From a virus: a stretch of 64,000 nucleotides of DNA. Every line of letters starts with the position of its first letter. Position 1 is the first letter of the stretch. The notes beneath the pieces are model-generated. The model saw only the letters and a list, made by a program, of their open reading frames with translations. It was not told the DNA's origin and made no database searches. The stretch is from IMG/VR virus record IMGVR_UViG_3300045988_080644. One strand, written 5' to 3'. Shown one piece after another: positions 56,491-64,000 of the stretch. A program made the translations under genes and the position numbers.

Positions 56491-56697
56491 TTAATAATTT
56501 ATTTCAGTAATACTGCCACAATATTCAACTCTAAAATCATCTACTTTCACATCTCCTTCATCCCAAAGCCATTCTTTTTGTTCCTTTAAAGACAAAGATT
56601 TAAATTTCTCAAAATCCTCATCATTTAACTCCATTTCTAAATGACCCATTCGTAAATAACCTTGAACATAATCAAGGTCTCCAAAAATTGTATGCAT
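56491..56697 (-). CDS. Hypothetical protein (68 aa; start trimmed to ATG 56697)
   Basis: The track ORF 56491..56757 starts at a TTG that overlaps nrdD exon 2 in another frame. ATG 56697 lies 1 nt after the exon-2 stop. Confidence 0.5.
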   Translation of the reverse strand: MHTIFGDLDYVQGYLRMGHLEMELNDEDFEKFKSLSLKEQKEWLWDEGDVKVDDFRVEYCGSITEINY

Positions 56698-56698
56698 A

Positions 56699-56802
56699 TT
56701 AAAGATTTGGTTTATATGTAAAGCTTCTATCTCCACTCTTATACTTACGTATTGCAAATTCTAGCTGTCTAGGATTACTCCAATTGTCTACACACACTAA
56801 AT
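56699..56802 (-). CDS. nrdD: Anaerobic ribonucleotide reductase NrdD, exon 2 (completes the Tyr codon, then 33 aa)
   Basis: Joined to exon 1 it reads RIIG-YLVCVDNWSNPRQLEFAIRKY..., matching the NrdD C-terminal pattern GY...W-x6-E-x3-R. It ends at TAA 56699-56701. Confidence 0.75.
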
Positions 56803-57865
56803 CCTTTATACCCTCTCTTTCGAGATATTTAGTTTATTAATAACATAATCTTTTATTTCAGCTTTTCGTTCATCTGAAATTTTATCAATATAAGATTTAT
56901 ATACTGAATCATTAGCTTCATTTCTATACGATTTTAACATATATATTTCACAAAGATACCTTTGATATACTGCTTCTTCTTTTAATGTATATTCTTTCAT
57001 ATAATATCTTTGTTTCATATAAGTAAAATCAGTCTTCCATTTGTTACTTTTTTTACAAAAGGAAACCCCTCGTATTCCGGAAGTATTAGTAGATTTCTTT
57101 TGCAGATTTAACATATTTTCTTGTACAGTTACTTCTCTAAGATTAGATTTCCTATTGTCACGAGTGTCACCACTTATATGATCCACTTGTTTATCAGTAG
57201 GCAATACCAGTCTATGAAAGTATATACGCTCTTTTTTCTGATTTCCTGTAAATAAATATGGTTTATCATTTTTATAAACAGTTCTCCATTTATGACCCTT
57301 TAATTTCGAAATGTCATTTACATCTAGAATAAATGTTTCCATAACATTTCCATAAGAATCATAAGTATCTATTTCTGCAAAATTATCTTTTAATCTAATT
57401 TCATTATCATCAAATACACCTCTTGGATTAGAGTCTTTAAATTCTCCATAATTTTTAAACTGCCTTGCATGTTTAAGACAGAGTGTTTTTCCAGCTAAGT
57501 TATTAAAACTTACTTGTTTAAATTTTGATGATACACCACATACTTCACAAAAGCGTTCTTCAGTTATTTTTCTCATATTGTCAAAATTGTGTTAATAATA
57601 AGGGAGTGGACTATACCATCAACCGATTAGGTTGCGCATTGGTAGTCTCTGAGACCCATAAATTTTTATCTATGTCAAGTATATACACGACTTGTATATA
57701 CCACAATAGTATTAACATAAATTAACAATTTATATGTCTGCTGATTGCCCAATCCTAAGACTTGTTCATTTTTGAATTAAATTCAAATATACTTAGGCTC
57801 TAAGGGGTTTCCAGCATATTCTGCGTTTTCATCATAACATTACTGTTATAAGGGGCGTTTATTTC
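56803..57865 (-). mobile_element. Group I-like intron (~1063 nt) carrying an HNH-AP2 homing endonuclease, inserted at the nrdD glycyl-radical site
   Basis: The 5' exon ends in U (57866) and the intron ends in G (56803). Exon GGGU can pair with intron GCCC (57856-57853) across a 9-nt loop. A 289-nt non-coding, stem-rich segment (57577-57865) precedes the endonuclease ORF. Confidence 0.65.
56806..57576 (-). CDS. HNH-family homing endonuclease with AP2 DNA-binding domain
   Basis: HNH motif HRLVLPTDKQVDHISGDTRDNRKSNLREVTVQENMLN. AP2-like SGIRGVSFCKKSNKWKTDFTYMKQRYYMKEY. It lies wholly inside the nrdD intervening sequence. Confidence 0.85.
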   Translation of the reverse strand: MRKITEERFCEVCGVSSKFKQVSFNNLAGKTLCLKHARQFKNYGEFKDSNPRGVFDDNEIRLKDNFAEIDTYDSYGNVMETFILDVNDISKLKGHKWRTVYKNDKPYLFTGNQKKERIYFHRLVLPTDKQVDHISGDTRDNRKSNLREVTVQENMLNLQKKSTNTSGIRGVSFCKKSNKWKTDFTYMKQRYYMKEYTLKEEAVYQRYLCEIYMLKSYRNEANDSVYKSYIDKISDERKAEIKDYVINKLNISKERV

Positions 57866-59975
57866 ACCCAATAATTCTAGTATAATATTTGATGTGTCTA
57901 CAATGACAAATAGGACACTCATCAATAGGGGCATTTACTACATGTCCGCATTCTCTACATTGAGACATTGGGATATTAAATGTGAAATAACTAGTACCCT
58001 CATCCTTAGCTACATCTAACAGATGTAAATACTGTTGTTTACTTAAATGAGCATCAAGATTTGCATGAAGTGCCTGACCTCCATCACAATACTGAGCTAC
58101 TCCTCTACCATGAAGCTTAAATTTATCAAGAATAGAGGTCTCATCCCATGGATTATAGAAATAACAATTATACAGATTCTGATTTTCAGGTACTGCATAA
58201 CCATCCTTCTTATCCCAATTATAGAGTTTTACACCTAATCCTTCCCCAGGAATAGCTTCACTATTAAACAAGAATGGTCTTTTACTATCGTGGATAGAGT
58301 TTTTCTTATTTTCTTCTTTAACAGTACCAAATACTAATTTAAGAAAATCTTTATATTCCTTATTATTAGATACCGATAGTCCCAAGAATTGTGCAGCTTC
58401 ACAATAACCTATCAATCCAATGGTAGAATACAATTTACGCATATAAATATATCCTGCATTACAATCAGAAAACATTTTAGCGTCTTCCATTTCATAAAGC
58501 ATTGTCTTATATGCAATATGATACTTATATACTCTTTCAAGAATATTAATAAGATAATTTTTTAAGTCTGAAAAACTCTCAGAAAACCACTCAAAAGGAA
58601 AGGCACACTTACCATCAACAATATGATCCTCCCAATTTTTCCATGTATGTATATAATCCTGAACAATTCTATTAATATTAAGAGTAATTACATTACAAGA
58701 ACCAGTCATAACTCCAGTCATACCTGTAGTAGAACTAAAGGTATTATCAGACATTTTATTTAGGACTCTACAACATGATGCCAAAGATGTAGGATTATCA
58801 CTAGTATAGCAGAAGAAACTTCCACCTTTAGCCCACTCTTCGGCACATAACTCTTTGTATTCATGATCAAGATACTCTTTACCATTATGTACAAGAGCCA
58901 TAGTAGTTACTGGAAATGTGAGAGGTTTAATTAATCTGATTTCTCTTAAAAGTTGCATAAAGATTCTCTGCAACTTATCTATAGCATTCCATTCAGGTTG
59001 TGTTCCATCAGGATAATAAAATTCTCCAAAGAGTGATTTAAAATATACTTTATCATAAAAAGATACATTAGAGAAAGGTGAATTGTAGCTTCTATTGCCT
59101 GCAGGTTGATTAACTCCATAAATAAACTGCTTCATACCCTTTCGGATATAATGTCCAACAGTATACTGATGCAGAAAGTGGGAATTAGTTACAACTTCAT
59201 CCACCTTATCATACCATACAGGTCCAAACTCTTGAATTACATAATAATTAAGAGCTATAAAATAATCTCCAAGAGCAACCGCTCCCTTACACTGAGAACT
59301 AAACAAAAACACAGCATTAGTTACCTGACCACTAAAAGACTGAATATCATTTGGAGCACTAGGAGTAACTCCATCAATATTACCTACACCCTTAAGCATT
59401 AATGGGTACAATGTAACTGCTTTACAATAAGGTTTAAGTACCGGAGTACTTGCCTCATCATGAGTATAAATAATATGATTTTCCAAATCCTTAATATACT
59501 GTCTTCCAAGTTCTTGACCTGGATACAATTTATTAAGTTTATCTTTCATTCGTTGTCTTTGGATAATTCTATTAGTTACTTTATATACTTCACCCTCAAG
59601 ATTAGCTACATTCTTAGAAGCAACATTAGCATTAGCATCTGTTTCTGAAGAAGTAGATGCATTTACACCAGAATCTTTATAAGTGTCCATGTAATTAAGT
59701 CTACTTCTAATAAATCTAGCTTTCTTGTGTTCTTCTCTATAAATGGAATAAGCTCTGGCTACATCAAAATATTCGTAATTATATAAAGTCTCTTCTACTT
59801 CATCTTGAATTTCTTCTACAGTAATATTATCCCAGAATCTCATTTCTGAAACCATATCCCGAATAACATTTTCAACAGAAGTATAACCACAAGCTTTAAA
59901 TGCCTTAGTTAAAGCATTAAATATTTTATCTGCATTAAACTCTTCCTTTGTTCCGTCTCTTTTTATAATGACCAT
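57866..59975 (-). CDS. nrdD: Anaerobic ribonucleoside-triphosphate reductase NrdD, exon 1 (703 codons plus 1 nt)
   Basis: N-terminal ATP-cone (VIIKRDGTKEEFNADKI), C-terminal Zn ribbon CRECG...CPICHC and glycyl-radical motif TRIIG. The ORF stops directly after the radical Gly, where about 25-30 more residues are expected. Confidence 0.9.
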
Positions 59976-60334
59976 ATATTCTTTTTATTCATTAATTTTT
60001 TAGTATCTGAAGATAATTTATCTGGATTATAGTTATCTAAATCTATTGTGAAATTAATGAGTTTAAAATTATCAGCAACTTTATCCTTTATAAGCCATTT
60101 AACTAAATCTGTCAGGGATTCGTCAGCATAATCACCTCCTTGAGCATTTTTAACTATCATAGTATTATCCATACTATTAAAGAATGCCCAAGGGACTGCT
60201 TCACCACATGTATAAGCTATGTAACCGACAGCATCATTACCTTTATAAGATATAACTATACCTCCAGTATTATCATCAATAGCACCCAAATCAATAGCAT
60301 CTGAGGTTTCACTTGGCAATATAATATCTTTCAT
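59963..60334 (-). CDS. Hypothetical protein (123 aa)
   Basis: Intact ORF. Confidence 0.55.
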   Translation of the reverse strand: MKDIILPSETSDAIDLGAIDDNTGGIVISYKGNDAVGYIAYTCGEAVPWAFFNSMDNTMIVKNAQGGDYADESLTDLVKWLIKDKVADNFKLINFTIDLDNYNPDKLSSDTKKLMNKKNIWSL

Positions 60335-60339
60335 ACTAT

Positions 60340-60948
60340 TTATTTTAAAGACTCTAAAAACTCATCTACAGCAGGATACTCATCATCATAGATAATATCA
60401 TCAATCTTGAAATCCTTAATAGTAAAGTCAGGTCTCCCATGAGATTGCCAATACTTTGTTACATACTCGGCATTAGAATTAGGACTTCCCACACCTAAAG
60501 CCATAGTCATGTCAAACTGATTAGACTCTCTAGAATGTCCACAATAGAAATTCTGACACTTTTTAATATGCTCCAGGCACTTATCGGTAGCTTCCTTACC
60601 AATCAGAGTATCTAATGATGGAACCTTTTTATAATCTCTATAAGCAGGTCTATCTTTAGTGGCAGGTTTATAATCGTCTTCCGTGCCTCCTTTGACTAGA
60701 TAATCTATTAGTAATTCAAAAGTGTCATTCCAATCATCGGTAATTCCATAAGCATCTTTATATATATCTCTCAGATAGATAAAATTCTTTTCTGACAAAT
60801 AGTGTTTCTTATATAGGGGATCTTCCTTAGAATCTTTATATCCATCTGCAATAAGTTTATCTAAGTCTATAGCTGGTTGAGCCCATTTATACATTTCAAC
60901 CAAGCATTTATGAATTGCTTCACTTAAAATATCACTTCTTGTTAACAT
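60340..60948 (-). CDS. Hypothetical protein (202 aa)
   Basis: Intact ORF. Confidence 0.55.
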   Translation of the reverse strand: MLTRSDILSEAIHKCLVEMYKWAQPAIDLDKLIADGYKDSKEDPLYKKHYLSEKNFIYLRDIYKDAYGITDDWNDTFELLIDYLVKGGTEDDYKPATKDRPAYRDYKKVPSLDTLIGKEATDKCLEHIKKCQNFYCGHSRESNQFDMTMALGVGSPNSNAEYVTKYWQSHGRPDFTIKDFKIDDIIYDDEYPAVDEFLESLK

Positions 60949-60979
60949 GCAGTATTTGTTTTCCTTATTAAATGCTAAT

Positions 60980-62497
60980 CTAGTTATTTCCCTTAACTGT
61001 TCCCATCAACATATCATCCTTTGTAACTACAGAATAATTAATACTCCATTTAGTATGTCCAAAATTAGCAACAATATAATTACTACTTCCATACATACTA
61101 CCTACTGAAATATAATCAAACTGCTTACCGGTAGTATAAGCATAATTATGTAAATCTCCCTTTACTACATAGATATATTTATTACTGATATTCTGTTCTG
61201 CTATATAGTTAGCAAAATATAATTCAGTTTGAGGATTAAGTGTAAGTGGAAATTGACGAGACTGATTGTTATTGTCTTTGCCATGCATGAAAATCCATGA
61301 ATGCTTACCAATAGTAAAATGGTCAATGGGAAAGTTACTGATAAAACTCTTAACCCCTTCATTAGCTAAATATGCAGCTAATAACTTATTATTTAACCAT
61401 CCCCAATTACCATCATGATTACTTTCACCTATACAGAGATAATTAAACTCATCACTTCTTACATTAGCTTTAAGAGCTTTGAAGAACTCCATCATACACT
61501 CTATATAAGTCTCGCTAATTTCTTTATCATCCATTACCTCAGGAAGTTGATGTCCACCTCTAGTAGTTTCTTTATTATAACCATCAATAGAATCGCCAAG
61601 ATTAACTACATAAACTGCTCCATAAGACTGTCCAGCAAATGTCTGTACAATCTTAGTTAATCTAGCTTTAATCTCCTCTTTATCATAATTAGGAAGAGTT
61701 ACGAAACTACTATACTTAGCATTATAAGCTCCAATATGTAAATCAGACAACCATATAATTAATACTGGATATGTTGGATTACTGCTATTAATGTTAACTG
61801 GAAGCTCTTTATAGTCTTTATTAGTTTCTTTAATTAATTGAATTAGTTTTTCCTCACTAATAGAACTTTTCATTTGTTCTTTAGTGAGTTTAATAACTAG
61901 TTGTTTGAGGTCTCTTACCTCATTCTTTTCTACAGCTTTTAAGAAGTCATTCTCCTTCTCTCTAAGTTGCATTTCCTGAAGTTCTTCTGGTGTATGCTCT
62001 TCAATTACATGAGGAGCAAATGGACTAGAAGCTTTAGTTATATTAAAAGCCCGTAAAATTCTCTTAAAATCAACTAAAGAATAATCAGGAAAATGTCTAC
62101 TTACTTGTCGCTGTGTGAGACTAGAACCATAATAAGAATAAAGTCTATAGATAAGATTCATTTCATCTCTAGTTAAGGCTCCTATCACAGGAGTCTTATC
62201 ACGACGGAATACTTTAAATCTATAACTAACTATTGTGCCATCCTCATTACGAATCTGTTCAGTCTCCGCTCTTTCATCAGTATCAATATGCTCTACAGAA
62301 TTACCTGTAGGCTTTTTTACAGAATCATATAGAGAAATAATATCTTCATCTTTACCAATACTACGAGTATATTTAATAGTATTCATTAAAGTACTATAAT
62401 TATAGTTCTTTGCAATACAAGCTGCTTTTACACTACAATTATTCTCTTTAGCATAGTTCAATACTTTCTCAATACGATTTCTGGTTTCCTTTTTCAT
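60980..62497 (-). CDS. Metallophosphoesterase-domain protein with an N-terminal helical/HTH-like region (505 aa)
   Basis: LSDLHIG, NLGDSIDG, GESNHDG, FMHGKD and KGDLHNY occur in phosphoesterase order (Mre11/SbcD-like layout). It is the only minus-strand gene ending in TAG (60980-60982), with a TAA four codons further on. Confidence 0.7.
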   Translation of the reverse strand: MKKETRNRIEKVLNYAKENNCSVKAACIAKNYNYSTLMNTIKYTRSIGKDEDIISLYDSVKKPTGNSVEHIDTDERAETEQIRNEDGTIVSYRFKVFRRDKTPVIGALTRDEMNLIYRLYSYYGSSLTQRQVSRHFPDYSLVDFKRILRAFNITKASSPFAPHVIEEHTPEELQEMQLREKENDFLKAVEKNEVRDLKQLVIKLTKEQMKSSISEEKLIQLIKETNKDYKELPVNINSSNPTYPVLIIWLSDLHIGAYNAKYSSFVTLPNYDKEEIKARLTKIVQTFAGQSYGAVYVVNLGDSIDGYNKETTRGGHQLPEVMDDKEISETYIECMMEFFKALKANVRSDEFNYLCIGESNHDGNWGWLNNKLLAAYLANEGVKSFISNFPIDHFTIGKHSWIFMHGKDNNNQSRQFPLTLNPQTELYFANYIAEQNISNKYIYVVKGDLHNYAYTTGKQFDYISVGSMYGSSNYIVANFGHTKWSINYSVVTKDDMLMGTVKGNN

Positions 62498-62611
62498 TGT
62501 TAAATGTTTAAATAAGCTATTAAGCCGTTAAAAATATAATCTATTTATAAACATCTAATTATTACTGAATCTATATTATATTTTATTATTTAGCTAATTC
62601 CAAATATTTCT

Positions 62612-63388
62612 TTACTTAATACCTAAAATGTCTTTAACTAAATAAATCTTCTCAAATTTATTAACTATATCTCTACCCTTATCATGAGTAATAATATCTG
62701 TAAATGCCTGATAAGCATCGAACATACAAATATCCTCATTATTAGGTACAAAATAGTCAGACTTCTCGTCAATTACTAATTTTTTATAAGCATCAATAGC
62801 TGTAGATTCTGCCAACTTTACAGTACCAAATCCCGAATTAAATTTGCTACTAATACAATTATCTACCCAATGTCCCAAATTGTCATAGAGTTCATTTCTC
62901 TTAATATATGTATTAGCTAAATTCTCTAACATCACCTTTGTATTATCAGTCATTTCCATAACTTGATTTACAAAGGTATATTCCATAGCTGTTTCTGGCT
63001 CTAATTCCCTAACTTGCAGCATATTTGGAGAGAATACACACATATTTAAACAAGCACTACGTACTGCATTTTGAAATATCTTATACACTGGTTTACGGGT
63101 ATCTAAAGCATACAGAAGACTAACTGACTGAGTATGACCTTCATAAGCATATTCTCCTGGAAGTTGTGCTTCTACCCACACCCTATTATATACAATATTT
63201 TCAAAATTAACTTCACCATCATTAGTTAGACTAATCTGATCTGCAGGCTTAACCTGAATTTCAAACTTATCTGTAAACTTAGACATCCTGTCTATAAATG
63301 GCATTACATATTGCTTAGTTGTAAAATACTCCTTTTCTTTAATTCTAGTGGCTTTTCCTGAATAAAGTTGCTCTAAAGTTACTTGCAT
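62612..63388 (-). CDS. Hypothetical protein (258 aa)
   Basis: Long intact ORF flanked by AT-rich spacers. Confidence 0.6.
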   Translation of the reverse strand: MQVTLEQLYSGKATRIKEKEYFTTKQYVMPFIDRMSKFTDKFEIQVKPADQISLTNDGEVNFENIVYNRVWVEAQLPGEYAYEGHTQSVSLLYALDTRKPVYKIFQNAVRSACLNMCVFSPNMLQVRELEPETAMEYTFVNQVMEMTDNTKVMLENLANTYIKRNELYDNLGHWVDNCISSKFNSGFGTVKLAESTAIDAYKKLVIDEKSDYFVPNNEDICMFDAYQAFTDIITHDKGRDIVNKFEKIYLVKDILGIK

Positions 63389-63441
63389 TTAATTTAATTA
63401 CTTAATTATTTAAAGTAATCTAGCTATTAATGTATCTAAAG

Positions 63442-63476
63442 AAAAAAAGGTGACTATCCTCACGGACAATCACCTT
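63442..63476 (-). terminator. Rho-independent terminator downstream of the 63516..>64000 gene
   Basis: AAGGTGA (63447-63453) pairs with TCACCTT (63470-63476). On the minus strand the stem is followed by a T7 run. Confidence 0.6.
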
Positions 63477-63515
63477 ACTTAATTCTAACAATAATGTTAG
63501 TTACCCAATATATGA

Positions 63516-64000
63516 TTATGCATTTTCAATACCAAAAGCAATGTATGAACCTGGCTTAGTATTCTTAGAAGGAGTATACTTAGCTGTAGCTACAACTGCA
63601 TTACCCTCTACTACATCCTTTGTCTTTACCAACTTAGCATCACCTCTAAATGCGCCACTCTTATAGAGTTCCTTGATTGCATTCTTAGCGTCTGCCTTAT
63701 TAGTATCAACCTGACACACTGTCTTACCTTCAGCGTCAATCCACTTGTACATTGACTTAAACTTTCTCTTACCCTCGCTCTTTACATCTTCAATCTTATA
63801 TGGACGCTCACGAGTGTCACCAATAGCAGCCTCTACTACAATAATGTAACCAGCACCTGGGCAGCTCTTACCTTTCTTCTCCAAATAATCCAACTTAAAT
63901 GCCTTGTCATCACGCTCTGTCCAAACACCCTGATGCTTAGCCTTTGCGTTCTTGTAAGCCTGAGTTGCATCACCATTAATATGGAAATACTGCTCTTCAA
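63516..64000 (-). CDS. Hypothetical protein, 5'-partial (open to the window edge), codon-usage outlier
   Basis: The reading frame continues upstream of the track's TTG (…EEQYFHINGDATQAYKNAKAKHQGVWTERDDKAFK-LDYLEKK…). It is visibly GC-richer and AAG-biased compared with its neighbours. Confidence 0.7.
   Translation of the reverse strand, partial: EEQYFHINGDATQAYKNAKAKHQGVWTERDDKAFKLDYLEKKGKSCPGAGYIIVVEAAIGDTRERPYKIEDVKSEGKRKFKSMYKWIDAEGKTVCQVDTNKADAKNAIKELYKSGAFRGDAKLVKTKDVVEGNAVVATAKYTPSKNTKPGSYIAFGIENA

Noticed and set aside
56698-56757. TTG-initiated N-terminal extension of ORF 56491..56757
   Set aside because: It overlaps nrdD exon 2 in another frame. An ATG at 56697 lies 1 nt after the exon-2 stop.
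57577-57865. A tRNA or other small RNA gene in the non-coding stretch between the HNH ORF and nrdD
   Set aside because: I could not find a cloverleaf or a T-loop (GTTCRA-like) consensus. The segment is better explained as the catalytic core of the intron.
57824-57866. An in-frame 30-nt bypass from RIIG to YDENAEYAGNPLEPKYI as the nrdD C-terminus
   Set aside because: The skipped segment holds three in-frame stops (TGA, TAA, TAA). The resulting tail lacks the NrdD W…E…R pattern, whereas the exon at 56699..56802 reproduces it.
39972-61660. Plus-strand track ORFs inside the minus module (39972.., 40108.., 42891.., 43902.., 45184.., 47888.., 48342.., 49006.., 50502.., 50771.., 52350.., 57525.., 58047.., 59106.., 59460.., 61415..)
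   Set aside because: They are shadow ORFs antisense to well-supported genes (polA, sigma, ligases, dut, nrdD and others), with no motifs and biased composition.
62498-62611. Promoter calls (Bacteroidota-type TAnnTTTG / TTTG or sigma-70 -10/-35) in AT-rich spacers at 35046-35180, 36889-36948, 62498-62611 and 63389-63441
   Set aside because: In DNA this AT-rich, near-matches occur everywhere. I could not find a recurring motif across the spacers by eye, so no promoter is reported.
1-64000. CRISPR arrays, rRNA, integrase/att sites, long direct or inverted repeats
   Set aside because: None was recognised on reading the window. The absence of short dispersed repeats cannot be guaranteed without a computational repeat search.

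Overview
Visibly AT-rich dsDNA phage fragment with the hallmarks of a crAss-like (Crassvirales-type) genome. Two convergent modules meet at about 32.75 kb. (1) Plus strand 1-32,720 looks almost non-coding under the standard code, with only short scattered ORFs. Every interruption is TAG and none is TAA or TGA. Reading TAG as a sense codon (most likely Gln, translation table 15) collapses this half into nine tightly coupled genes. Three are giant ORFs. One has 3081 codons with an embedded SF1 helicase-like ATPase. One has 3460 codons with a DxDxD two-barrel RNA polymerase motif, as in crAss-like virion RNAPs. One has 1614 codons with an N-terminal PD-(D/E)xK nuclease. Two HExxH proteins also lie in this block. 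(2) Minus strand 32,815-64,000 carries about 60 genes that are intact under the standard code and cover replication, nucleotide metabolism and early functions. These include family A DNA polymerase, ATP-dependent DNA ligase, an RNA-ligase-like enzyme, a PNK-like kinase and a HAD 3'-phosphatase. They also include ThyX, dUTPase, anaerobic RNR NrdD/NrdG, thioredoxin, NUDIX, a sigma-70 family factor and four metallophosphoesterases. TAG is almost never used as a stop on this strand (one case, backed up by TAA four codons later). Hidden structure in this module: nrdD is split exactly at the glycyl-radical Gly|Tyr by a ~1.06 kb group-I-like intron carrying an HNH-AP2 homing endonuclease. polA is split between motifs B and C by a ~205 nt ORF-less group-I-like intron. 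A GatB/YqeY-domain (tRNA-Gln-binding type) gene is broken by a 1-nt shift at a T6 run (UUU UAA). It is preceded by a small ORF carrying the only in-frame TAG I found on this strand. No tRNA, rRNA or CRISPR array was recognised by eye. The suppressor tRNA or release-factor genes that TAG recoding implies must lie outside this window, if they are phage encoded.
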